Shown here: positions 12,908-25,000 of the stretch, piece after piece
How positions within the stretch are numbered: the first letter of the stretch is position 1
Layout of the letters: each line of letters starts with the position of its first letter
From: Asterias rubens
Taxonomy: Eukaryota
Direction: 5' to 3'
NCBI RefSeq assembly: GCF_902459465.1
Contig: NC_047072.1
Span: 13,578,001-13,642,000, forward strand
Length of the DNA: 64,000 nt
Translations under genes and position numbers: made by a program
The notes under the pieces: model-generated
Seen by the model: only the letters and a program-made list of their open reading frames with translations
Told to the model about the DNA's origin: nothing
The model's database searches: none

Positions 12908-13689
12908 TTTGCTTCAGAAGGACGTGTTAGATCTGCACAATGTAAAAAGAAACCGTTATAGCTGATGAGAGAATAACACGAATCAGGAAATATTCATGAG
13001 TTTAAAGTTCAGGATAGAGATCTGATAAAGAAAGTACAATATATCAATGATTGAAAAGTAATTATAATCTTGTGTATAATTATTAACAGATTTGTCATCA
13101 CTGTAGCTGTTTGATTCAACTAAAAACTCCCTCCGGGGAATGTGTTTCATTATTTTGTTGCTAAAGAATGTGGTTTAACTATGACATGCCTTGGCCATGG
13201 CCTCTACTGCCCCAGGTCTTGGCATTGGTGCCCCATCAAAAGTTCCCAATAGACTAAGATTTTCCACTGAAAGTGCCCTTTGCAAACTAAAACAGGCCTT
13301 GCCCTCTGAAAGATGAAATTGCAGGCCTGCTGTGTAAGCCAACACTAACACCATGTAGGTTAATCTCTCTTTTGAACAATTGTGGTTCCAAAAAGAACAT
13401 GTCAATAACCAGGAGACTGATGGATTTCAACTGGGCCTATGGCTTAAGCCCCCTTCACACAAGAGCAATAGCAAGGGTCCGTAGTTAAATTGTAGCATGG
13501 TTGTAAAATTTTACAAAATGTACCTCATGTGAAAGGACAACAATTTTAAGAGTGTCCAGGGTCCCATGTAAAATCTTGTCCAACATTGCTACATTTTGTC
13601 GGAGGTCCGGACCTACGACAAAATCTTTTACATAACTTTGCAACAGCTTATAATATTTGGCACTAAATGCTAAAAACATAAGCTTAGTA

Positions 13690-13830
13690 CCCGGATCTCA
13701 GACAATGTGTCAAATATCACTATTGCGCGCGTCGTGCAAATTGTATGTTTACTCGCGACTGACTACACGACATGTGCAGTTATCGCGTGTGGTGCAGTGA
13801 TCGCGTAGGTGTATGTTATTTTTGTCTGAC
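13690..13830. promoter_or_regulatory. CpG-rich candidate (bidirectional) promoter region between head-to-head TIPRL and HECT genes
   Basis: Local CpG cluster (GCGCGCGTCG, CTCGCGA, ATCGCGT x2) in AT-rich DNA between divergent genes; TSS not determinable from sequence. Confidence 0.45.
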
Positions 13831-14273
13831 AGCGGAGTATTTGAACATAAGTGCTGTCATTAGTGCAGGGTTGTTCATGGGCGACAATGGTTTTGTGGGT
13901 CTAAAGAGAAGGTGTAACAAACAAGCTAAGACTTTTGGGGTGTGTCACCATGATCAAAGTAGTCACTAGTGGGTCTATCTTGAATTATGAAGTCTCACCC
14001 AGTGACTGCAAGTGCGTGCCCTCCCTTTATGGAGGGCTCACGGTTTTGGTAACTATGACTGGGTCGGGTGAGAGTTCATAATTTAGATAACTTTTCGTAT
14101 GGCCCCACCACTATTTCAATCATTTTAATAATAATAAAACGGACATTTATATTGCGCAGTTACCTATATATATATAGTCTACTGCGCATTACCAGGTACA
14201 CAAAAAATGCAGAGAAAAAATGAAAAAAACAAATACACAAACAGAGCAAGAATTAATTAATTATAAATAAAAA

Positions 14274-14367
14274 CAAAAAGGGATATCTCATATTGAGGTA
14301 AATAATTATAGATACTATTATTATATTATTTCATATTAAAGTGGTGGTGCCATACGGAAACTTTTCC
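14274..14367 (-). mobile_element. Truncated copy of the GGAAAAGTTTCC (Merlin-like) MITE
   Basis: Reverse complement matches the left half of 43213-43344 and 44923-45054. Confidence 0.75.
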
Positions 14368-15185
14368 CATAATTTATAGTTTTAACCTTCTAACTATGCA
14401 CAGAGCCGGCAAACTGCTACAAATGATCATGTAAACTTTAACTTAATGATAATGATAACTTTAGGCTTCCTAACTAATTACTTGATCAATACAAACAATA
14501 GAAAAATAAGAATTACAACAAAGTAAACAAAAACAGGCGGTTACAGGGGCACTATTTCTTATTTTAAATAAAAGTTTCCATTTATCACAATTCATGAATT
14601 AAAGGATATTCGATGTGTACTGCACCTTTTGAGAAAAACAAATGTTAACAAAGGTATCGGTGAGTCCAAATCATCAGAGAATACACGATATGGAAACAGA
14701 AGCAGCCTCAAGAAGCAGACGAGAAGATTCCACCATTGACTTGCCAAATCCTCATCCACAGTTCAGTATTCGATAATGGATTTTTTCAACCTCGTTGCAC
14801 GAAAAGCCAACTGATACTCGATCGTCCCCGTCTTCTTTAACACATACCCTTCTGTAAGGGGGGGGGGATACTTGGTAAGAACATTATGAAAACGGTCTCG
14901 CATTCTCAATTGGAGATAAACCAGCCTGATTGAGAATAAAAGAATGTTTTCGATCATGCTGTGTTTTACGTCAAGTTAAAAATGCTCACGTAGTTTCATC
15001 ACCTATTTTTGCTGTTTTGCGTGAGTTTTTGTCATACTTTATAAAAGAGACAGATTCGTGATGTACCTTTAGACAGGTATGTAACTTTCATAGATCATTA
15101 TAGACTCACGATCTGTGATAAATTATTAAAAACATTTATTATTACGAATGTTTGTTATTATTACGAATGTAATTTATTATTACGA

Positions 15186-15712
15186 ATGTTTATGTTGGGC
15201 GCTATCGGTCAATCTGCGCGATCAACCGATCGCGCTGCGCTATTGAAATATCTTATGGTCGCGCAGCAAACGGTCGATTGCGCAACAATCGGTCGATCGC
15301 GCAACATTCGGCGACGAACATGCGCGATCAACCGATCGTGCGGGAATGGCTCGGCGCGATCGGCCGATTGTGCAGGAATGGTTTTGCGCGGTCGCGCAGC
15401 AAACGGTCGATTGCGCAACAATCGGTCGATCGCGCAACATTCGGCGACGAACATGCGCGATCAACCGATCGTGCGGGAATGGCTCGGCGCGATCGGCCGA
15501 TTGTGCAGGAATGGTTTTGCGCGGTCGCGCAGCAAACGGTCGATTGCGCAACAATCGGTCGATCGCGCAACATTCGGCGACGAACATGCGCGATCAACCG
15601 ATCGTGCGGGAATGGCTCGGCGCGATCGGCCGATTGTGCAGGAATGGTTTTGCGCGATCGGCCAATTGTGCAGGAATGGTATGGCGCGATCGGCCGATTG
15701 TGCAGGTTGCCA
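15186..15712 (+). repeat. CpG-dense CGATCG-rich element containing three essentially identical 133-bp tandem units plus 32-bp subrepeats
   Basis: Units start at 15257, 15390 and 15523 (period 133). The 5' end (ATGTTGGGCGCTATCGGTCAATCTGCGCGATCAACCG) is homologous to copies at 44765 (+) and 45925 (-). Confidence 0.9.
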
Positions 15713-16059
15713 GATTTATTAAACTTCAGCCTTTTTCTTGTTGAATCAAGTGGTTGAATTGTCCTGACTTGAGTATCGAGTACCCCTAGTCCTAGAAGTA
15801 TCATGAGTTACATTCTGCTATGTTCGTGGAGACGATAGTGGAACGAACCTCAAATACTAAAAATATAGGAGTAACTATTAGACTCTAATTTAGAGTACTC
15901 TAGTACTCCTGTGAAGTGTAATCATGGAGTTGTTGTGCTTGTGCAATCGTTGAGTTGACGCTGAACAATAATGGACGGCTCAAACATTGTTATTAAAATG
16001 AGAAAAAGCAGAATTGTTATAATTTGGGGTTTTTTCTTTTTCTTTTATAGACAGCATTG

Positions 16060-19000
16060 ATGCAGGTATGCGCCACACACTGCAGGAGCTCTGAAATTCA
16101 AAAGATCAAAATGAGCAACGCTTCAAGTTCGCGACATATTCTTTCCCCTGATGTGCCAGACTTTCATGGGAAGAGGGCGTCCTTGCCGTATGCTCCGAAC
16201 CAAACAGAGTTGAGACGACTCAGATTGAACAGGTAATCCTACCTAAGAGTAGGCATGGTGCTCGATATGGAGCTGTTGATAGATAAGTAAAAAACATTGT
16301 GCGATAACGTGGTTTTGAGAAAGAAGTAATTTCTCAATAAAATACACGAAATGAATCTGAGAAAATTTCAGGCCTGAAGCATTTCTAAGGCATCTGGAAG
16401 CAGACAAATTTGTGCAAAAGGGTGTTTTTTCATACATTGTTTTCTTGCAACTTCCATGACCAATTGAGTCAAAAATTTTAAAGATTTCTTATTTTATGCA
16501 TTTATGTTGTAATACACCAATTGCAAATACTGGTCTTTGACAATTACCAAATTTGTCCAGTGCCTTTAAGCAGATACTTTCCAAATCGTTTTTATGTGTA
16601 TTTATAAATTATAATCTTCCATTGCATTCTTGTTTATACAGGCAAATATCTACGAGTCACCCCAAACTTCCAAGCAGCGGCGGTAATTCAGTGGATAATC
16701 TCATACCAGCAGAACAGTCCAGATCCAACAGCATTATCCGCTTGTCTGACATTAAACGGTAAATCTACTGTTACGAAAGGCCTCTTTAATTCCTCTTTTT
16801 TTCTCCCACCAAACTCAACTATCTTTCCAAAGGTCCTTTTGCTTCTATCTTAATTGAGCATTTAAAAGCTCGATGACAGTAGACCTACATTTTAAAAACT
16901 GAACACACATGCTTGGCTTTCACTTCCAAAGCAAACTGTCAGCTTCCATCAGGCATATAAGGGCAGATTGCAAATTATCAGCTTGTTAGATAATGTCCCG
17001 TTTTTTCTACCGTTTTAGTGCCCAGGAAAGAGAGAAAAATACATAACATGTTTTGAGATAAAATGTTTATGTTTTTTTTTTTGCAACAAAAAGAGTTGCT
17101 ATTCTGCAAGGGCTCTGTACACAAGGCAGTTTGCAGACAACCAGTCCAATAAGAAGGAAAACATTCTCATTTCATTTTCAATTTTAGGAGGACAGTATGC
17201 AATATGTAATATGAGGAAGGATCTCAAAACTTGTGCTACAACAATGTTACTTATTGACAAGCAAGACTTAAAGACCTGCTTGAACCAAAATGTCAAGTCG
17301 TGAACTTTGCTGAATTTTATTTAAAATGTTTTCAATGAATAAGGAAATCGAGTCATATGATTATAAATAGATTTTAGTTGCGTAAAAAACAATCATTTCA
17401 AATACCCTTATCCACCGCTTTTCTGAGAGAATAGCAAAAGCTCTGTTACGTAATCACTCTCAAAACATCATAGTTGGGAGCTCCAATTTGTAAAGCGTGG
17501 AGGTATAACGAAGCAAACTCCCACAAATGACATCAAAGCATTGTCCTTTGACGCGCGGCGTCAACGGCAGAAGTGTTTTTAGTTTTTCAAAACTTTTAGG
17601 TTGGGGCCTGGTTTTATAATCAATAATTACAAAAATTTCAGAAGTGTACTCTATCAAAATTACATTAAAATGGTGAACAAGTGCATTATAAACAAGTTAA
17701 AATACCATTTCCGTTAAAAACATTCTGCTCAAGCATCTGTTTAAAAATGATTGTTCAAAGCATTTTGATCATGAATCAGCAAAAAATAGTTGGTCAGTAT
17801 GCCTCAGTGTATCAGTCTTAGGATTATCAGATATGATATTTGAAAAAATGGTTTTATATTAATAGGAACCTGAGTGCCAGTAACCTAGCAGCATTATCAG
17901 ACAGTAACTTGTCCATCAAGAAAGCACTACCTCTACGAAGCTATGATACTCCTAACACCTTTGGCTCAACGGCCAAACACCTCTATGTTCAGCTGGTCAA
18001 ACAGTGTTACTATCAGCTGACTGAAGGATGTGGAAACGAGGACTGCCAGAACAAGTTTTGCCGTTCATGTAAAGGTACATCAAATCCAAAGAATTTTTGT
18101 AAGGTTCTTTCAAACTCTTAGAGCAACTTTGGGTGCAGATGTTTCGTCAATTTTTCAATTTAAGTCACGCATATAATGTGGTCTTTTATTTTTTCCCTCA
18201 AACATGTTTAGTCAATAAAATAGCCTATTGAGAATGTGGAAATAAATGTTATATTGATTGATTGATTGATTGATTGAATCACAAGGCTGGATGGTCACTT
18301 CAAGGTGAGGGCTACACTTAACTGATTTGGGCTATCAACCCAAATCAACTGCCACCAGAGGCACGTTGCTACCTACTCCTGGGGCTGAAACGGGTTACCC
18401 CCTCACACAGTCCAGCATTGAGTAACGTGCGTTCCATGTTAATTGGTCGAATTGTGGTTGACTATGGTCCATGATTGAACTTGCTCTTTGTTGATCACGA
18501 AAAGAGTAACTCTAGAACATATTCTTTGTTTCTTTTTTGTTTCAGACAGCAAGAAAGATATTCGGGATAAAGCTGCCATTTTCAGTATTCAAATGGCATC
18601 AAGCCACAAGTATGTATTGTTATTTGATACATTGTAATGTAGAGTGTAGCTTTTTATTATTCACTACAAAATCTCTACCCAAAGTATTGATTATGAATAT
18701 GATTGTTATTCCTATATGATTGTTATTGTTATATCACTCTTGCAGACTTCCCTTATGTAGACCCGATAGATTCGTCGATCGTCCCCTGCCACAGGAAGTT
18801 TTCAAACCACCCAACGGAAATTCAAAGCCTTTCCTTCATGCCCTCTTCTCCTCTACTCCATTCAAGTCGCTCTTTGCCACCCAGTCAAAGTGGGTCGACT
18901 CCAAAAAGAAATTCCCCACAAAAAATCCAACGTCAACTGTAGTCCCACCAAGCAAGAGAGGTGACGCAGTCATCGATATGTGTTTTAATAAACCTCCGAG

Positions 19001-22000
19001 TGGTGCTGGTAAGAGAGGATCATCGAGTCCAATGAGAAGCAAATTTACGCCAAATAGCAGTCCAAAGTTTACCCATAAAGATGAGTATGAAGGACAACAA
19101 AGCACCCGAGGACAGACTGAGAGTTATTCCCAACAGCAGAGGATGTTTGGGAAGAAGTTAACACAGTTGTCACATCAAAACAGTGCCCCAAACCTTGCTT
19201 ACTGTGGAGAGTCTGATGCCACACATCTTTGGTCAGACGACTTTAGCTCGGATGAACTCTTGATTAATCATCACAGGTACGTCGGTTTTTAACAGCGCCC
19301 TGTGACTTACACATTAACTAGATGAAAAACCAATCAGAGCAATGACTGACTCTACAGTGAAACCTCTGAATTCCTATAAATAGACATGTCTCACACTCTT
19401 CAGTCTCCTGACGATGACTAGAGCTGGCTAGGCGAAACGTTGAGACCAATTAAGGACTCACTTTGTGGCAGTGAAGATAATATAAGAACTCACTCCATGG
19501 CAGTGGAGTTGATAACGAGTTGATAACGAGAAGTCCTCTCGATCCACTAAGCAAAAGTGGTAGTCCCTGCTGATTTCCTACCTTCCCCCAGGCAGTAATT
19601 AGAAAGCAGGACAGTTCTTTCCAGAACTAAGTACTCTCCCTAATTCTAAAATCTACTCCGCGGCGGTAGCAAAATAGCAAGACAAGTTCTCAAAGGACAA
19701 TATCTACACAGCAAAGTGGATATACACATGGTGTATACTGCAAACAGAATACACATTTATTACTCATTGTTCATAAATACCTGGGACACTATTCTGATTG
19801 GTCGAGAGGAGATCATGTGGCCGTGTTTAAATGTTGATATCAACACAGGTAGAAGTGATTAAACATGACCTGACCTTGTTAAATCAAATAAGGGCGCTAT
19901 CAGATGACTTCAAATTCTTACACTTACTAAATTTGTTTATTTAATGCAAACTTTTTCAGGTCGAGTAGCACACCTGTGGGTAGCTATGGTAACCTGAGTG
20001 TTTCCTCCGCTATCAGTTTCGGGAGTGGTCCACCCGAATCCTACCCATCAATGACAAGTTCTCCCGCACGGCTCCTTTCCTCTCAAGAGGCCCTTGATGA
20101 AACGGAAGATATTAGAGAGTTTGAGAGGACAGTTTCCTTAGAGATGTCTTGGGATGGGGTTGGGGAGTTCTCGTTGACTCACTTGACTCTATCAATGCTT
20201 CAGGTACACATCAGTCAATAAGTCAAACTAATAAACCATAGACCATTTCATTGTGGAATATCCCCAAGCGTGAGCAGTCCAGAAACTTCAACCCGGCCAA
20301 AAGGCTTGGGCCATGTGAATATAAACATACCCTCCCCGTTCAGGGCTCTCCCGCTGCCCTGCTCCCCACTGCTAGATCCTGGTTCATACTTCCTGCAAAT
20401 GCTAAATGAACTTTTACATCACAAGGCTGTTTTTTCGCAGCTTATGTTTCGCAGGAGTTGAGCACAAGTCACCTAAAAAGAGTTATTCATTGCAAATTTG
20501 TGACAGCAAAATTTGTATCGCATTGGCATTCGCAGGAAGTATGAACCAGCTTTAATGTTGTTAACCCCAGCTGGAGTGCAATGGGAGCCAACAATGCTTT
20601 GCCTATTGAGACCCATTCTATCTCACTGACGACCACCATTAGATGTATCAAGTTTGACTTCAAACATTCTCAACACCACTGAATCTATGCTTGTGTTTAT
20701 AGGGAGCAATTGAAACGTACAAGAACTCTGGAGATCCCTCGTTTTTAATCAACACCATCAGAACAGTATTCACTTCATCAGAGGCACTCAATGCTAGCTT
20801 CAAGGTGAGTTTAGAATGAGTATGAGTTCTTTTCTTAGATGTCAATTTAGTTTTCCCCTTTTACAATGATATGAAGTCAAGTGGTAGAAGCGTGGAATCC
20901 TCCATAAATATTGTTGAAAACACTTTTGATATTTCCATTGTGCGTTGTTGGTTTGCCTAACAAAGAGCAAGATTGTTGAGTTACTGTATTAGACACAATA
21001 TTCACATTATTATTGTCCTGTAGCTAGAGGCCTGGGCCCAATTTCATGGCTCTGCTTACCGTAAGCACAGAATCGGCGCTTACGGAAGCAGGGAATTCTG
21101 TGCTTACAGCAAGCGTATTTCACGGGTTAGCGGCAAATTTTGGCTTCTGCGCGTGCGTACTCAACGTTACTAGGCATTCTACGCTTACAAGGCTAGCGCA
21201 GAAATTCGGCGCTTGCGCGTAAGCAGAGCCATGAAATTGGGCCCAGGTCTAATGGTAGGACATCTGCCCTAGTGTAGCAAAGGTCATGGGTTTGAATCCC
21301 ACCCGAGATAAAGACCTGGGAAATGTTTTCACAAGAATCGGGAAAGTACTGAATAGGCATTGCTTTGTACATATCGGTGTATGGGTAAAACCAAACAATA
21401 ATATTTTGTTGATTGTAATTTTCAATTGTGTTTATTTTTGTCACAAAGGTTGATGATGGAAAACCAGACAGTCCTATCGACCTGCCAGCAGTCAGACAAG
21501 CGTATGCGTTAATATGGACATTAAAACCACTTGATGTCTTTCTGTCTACTATGACTAATGCATTAGAGATCTTACTGATGTCTTTAGATACAACATCCAT
21601 ACAAGCAGACGAGATCAATGAAGTAAGTTTTTGCAAGAATGATGACAATCATATACGTGGTGCTGGTCTCCACCAAAAGTAGGCAGGATTTGCACATAAA
21701 GTTTGTTGACAAACAAGTTGGATTTTTTATGCGATGTACACATGATTTTTTCTAAGGGTCGAAGAGATTGTGGCACACACAGACCTTTCTAGCACATACA
21801 CTCTGTGGAAATTTGTTTGCTTTTAGAAATGTTCCTTGACTGATTTCAATGCAAAACACAACACATCTGGGTCCGAATTCATAGAGCTGCCTAAGCAGCA
21901 AACACTCCTTAGAGATTTTCTGCTAGGCAAAAATAAGCATGATACCAATTGCAAATGCTACGTGTGGAATGCTATTTTGGCCGGTAACTTTATTTTGGTA

Positions 22001-25000
22001 AAGTTATTTTTATTGAGCTGTCAGACAGCAGTTTTGTTTGAGTGTCTTAGTCAATGATCTTGACAAGCTCGGATGAGATTCAAATGTGTACCATTTTGTT
22101 TGTTCCACATCAGATATTAATTCTTTTAGAAAACCCACTGCTGGAGACTTCCGAACTCCTGCGGATATTCTGCCACGTAATTTGCCGATTGCCAACTTCA
22201 ACGCGTCTTGCTCTGGTGGGGGCACTGTCCACCTACGACAAAAAGCATTTTCAGCGTCTTCTGCAATTGTTTAAGAATTACCTGGGTTCTGTACTACGAC
22301 CCAATCAAAGGTAATAACAGTTTTGTGTACTAGTGTACTATTGTTGTACTGTTGTGGGGTTGAGGAATTGGAGTTGAGGGGGTTTTGGTGAGGGTAACGT
22401 GTCATTCTGTTAAGGTCCTTGGGAACATTAAAGACTTCAGGCCTGAAACCTTTTATTATGCATCTGAAAGCACACAGTTATGCAACAAGGGCGTTTCTTC
22501 TTTCAGTATTCTCTTGCAACTTGGATGACCAATTGAGTCCAAATTTGCACAGGTTTGTTATTTTATGCATGTGTTGGGATACACCTAGTGAGAATACTGG
22601 TCTTTGACTATAACCAACAGGAATTCTTTAGAGGATTTTAGGGGGTAACTCGAGTACAGGAGGAAAAGAATGTTATAAAATATGGGAACATTTGGGAGTA
22701 CCCTCTGCTTCATAGCGGATAATGTATAACAAAAAATTACACTTTTGAATTTTTTTCCTCGCGAACCACTTGCTCCCTTTTCCCCCTCCCAATCTGCAGT
22801 GTTCATGAGAATATAATTGGCATTGCGAAGGTGTTATCAATCCTTCATGAGGCCAGCAACATGGCGGAAGCTGCTGGCAATGTGGAACACAAGAAAGTAG
22901 AACTTGCCTCTATGAAGGATTACTACAGCAATGAACTGTCAAGGTAAATCTTTACTAGTATACAATCACTTTCCTTAGCTCGCATGACATTCGTCCTAGT
23001 TTAATCTTATTTCCAATGTTTTTGCCCTCAGGAAAACCAGCAAAGTTCATATAAAAATGGCCTTATAGTCAAACCTTGTACTCAAAAGAACTTTTTTTTA
23101 TGGCCTTATGGTCAAACCTTGTACTCAAAAGAATTTTTTTTTTTTTTTTTAATCTGAAGTCAGACTTTTTTTATGCCCCCCTGGTGAGAAAAAAACCCTG
23201 TGATTTTGACCAGAGTGTCTTCCCTTTGATCTACTTCTCAAATATTGTGGAGACTGTTCGCAGAAATGGAGGACCAACATGTTTGGAGGGCCATCATCGA
23301 CTGAATGAATGTTCTCGGAAGCTTATTGCAATCCATAATTTCAGGGGTTACCTAAAGGTGGACACGCCATCATTTCAACATGCCTGCTAAAATTTGGTCT
23401 TAGTTTCAGACCATTTTGTGCAGGACTTGTCATCCGTTTTCCTTTCTCTGTGAGTCTGTGGCACTATACCGAACTCCCAGTGTACACACATGGATTTTCA
23501 GCCTTGTGCTGTCTCCAAATTGACAGCTACGACTTTGGCAAGATTTCCGCATCATTATGCGATGAAGTATAGTCATCCTTAGCAACAGCCTTAGCATCAG
23601 TCATAGCTGTAGGCCATTTGTGAGTTGGATTTGAATAATGTCTGGTACAATGATCTGCTTTAGTCACAATGTACTTCTTACATTTGACTTCCTCAGACTA
23701 CAGAGACAGTTGCTATGTCAAATGGTTTGGCTTTTGTATAGCAACCTCCAGGATGAGCAAACCATGGTGCCATTGTGCCATACACATCCATTCAGAATTG
23801 TGTATGGGTGTTCACTGTCTCTTACTAACTAAGCAAAAGCTTGCCCCTAATCATGTGACATATAGCAACAGTATCAATAGTCTGAAGAATTCAAATGTAA
23901 GTGGTAATGTGATCAAGCACGTCATTGTACCAGACAATATCTAACACACAAAAAGCTTATTCAGGAAAAGGCCTGAAATTTTGAAAATGAGTGTTTGATT
24001 GATTATGTACAGTAACATGGACTACATGGTGGAGTTTGGTAGATGGACACAGCGAGCACAGCTCCGGCAGCAAGCAGCAGCTGAAGTGAGTCGCAGTGCA
24101 ACCACCGACAGTGGATTAAGTAGCATGAGTAGCGGCAGTGGATTAAGTGATGAGCCGACATGTAGGAAGATCTCAAACAGTGACAGACAATCCATGGATA
24201 TGGAATCCATGCTGGACTTTCCTTTTCTTCTGGACCCAGCAGTGAGTGTATTTTATTATGAGTAGACTTTTTGCACTAAACAATTAATGTGGTGCTGATA
24301 TTGTTCACTTGGTGTCATTCAAGGCGCTTCAACATAAGGTATTTTCCAGCAAGATGTTGTGAAGATACAATTTTTTTAAGATTAAGACCAGTTCCTTTAC
24401 ATAGCAACTTGTAGTGGTTTACAAGGGGTTGAAGATGTCAGACCTGAAATATATGTTAAATTTTTGTTTTAATTTTGTATTTTAAGTCCAAAGTACGAAT
24501 CTTACACCTTGATGCCGTCATGCAGATGAGAAGAGAATACCAGGCGGCCATCTTACATCAAGCTGTAAGTGGAATTATTATACACATAATGAATGTTTAT
24601 GAGTGCAATGGTGCAAATATGTTCATGAGTTGAAAGATGGAATGTTCTATTCAACGAGGCGGAGCCGAGTTGAATGGAACATTCCAGCTTTCAACGAATG
24701 AACATATTCGCACCATTGCACGAATGAAAAACATTCATTATTTGTTTTATATAACATCCAAGTAGAACTTTGTCATTTTGATTGAAAGAAACAACTTTCA
24801 AAACAAACAATTTCAACTGTAGAAGCCGAATGCTAGTAATTTTACTATGCCTTCTTGCAGTAACACCTGCTGCGTTACCAAAGACACGCGCACGCAGTGA
24901 TGTTTTTACTCAGCTTTTTCGTTCCATCCGAAAAGTACCATTGCACGCTGGCAGCGTGCCAGCGTGCAATGGTACTTTTCGGATGGAACGAAAAAGCACG

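Noticed and set aside
15186-15712. Cyanobacterial HIP1 (GCGATCGC) signature or bacterial contamination
   Set aside because: Only the CGATCG core recurs, inside a dispersed repeat family embedded in continuous eukaryotic intron-exon structure.
15186-15804. Six overlapping Arg/Ala/Cys-rich ORFs on both strands (also 45221-45974)
   Set aside because: They are by-products of a stop-poor, GC-rich palindromic repeat. The 133-bp period is not a multiple of 3, so the same peptides recur in all frames, and there is no domain signal.
18703-18942. ORF frame reached by splicing 18074 directly to 18746
   Set aside because: It hits a stop at 18940-18942. The 64-nt micro-exon 18546-18609 restores the long frame and completes the AZUL helix.
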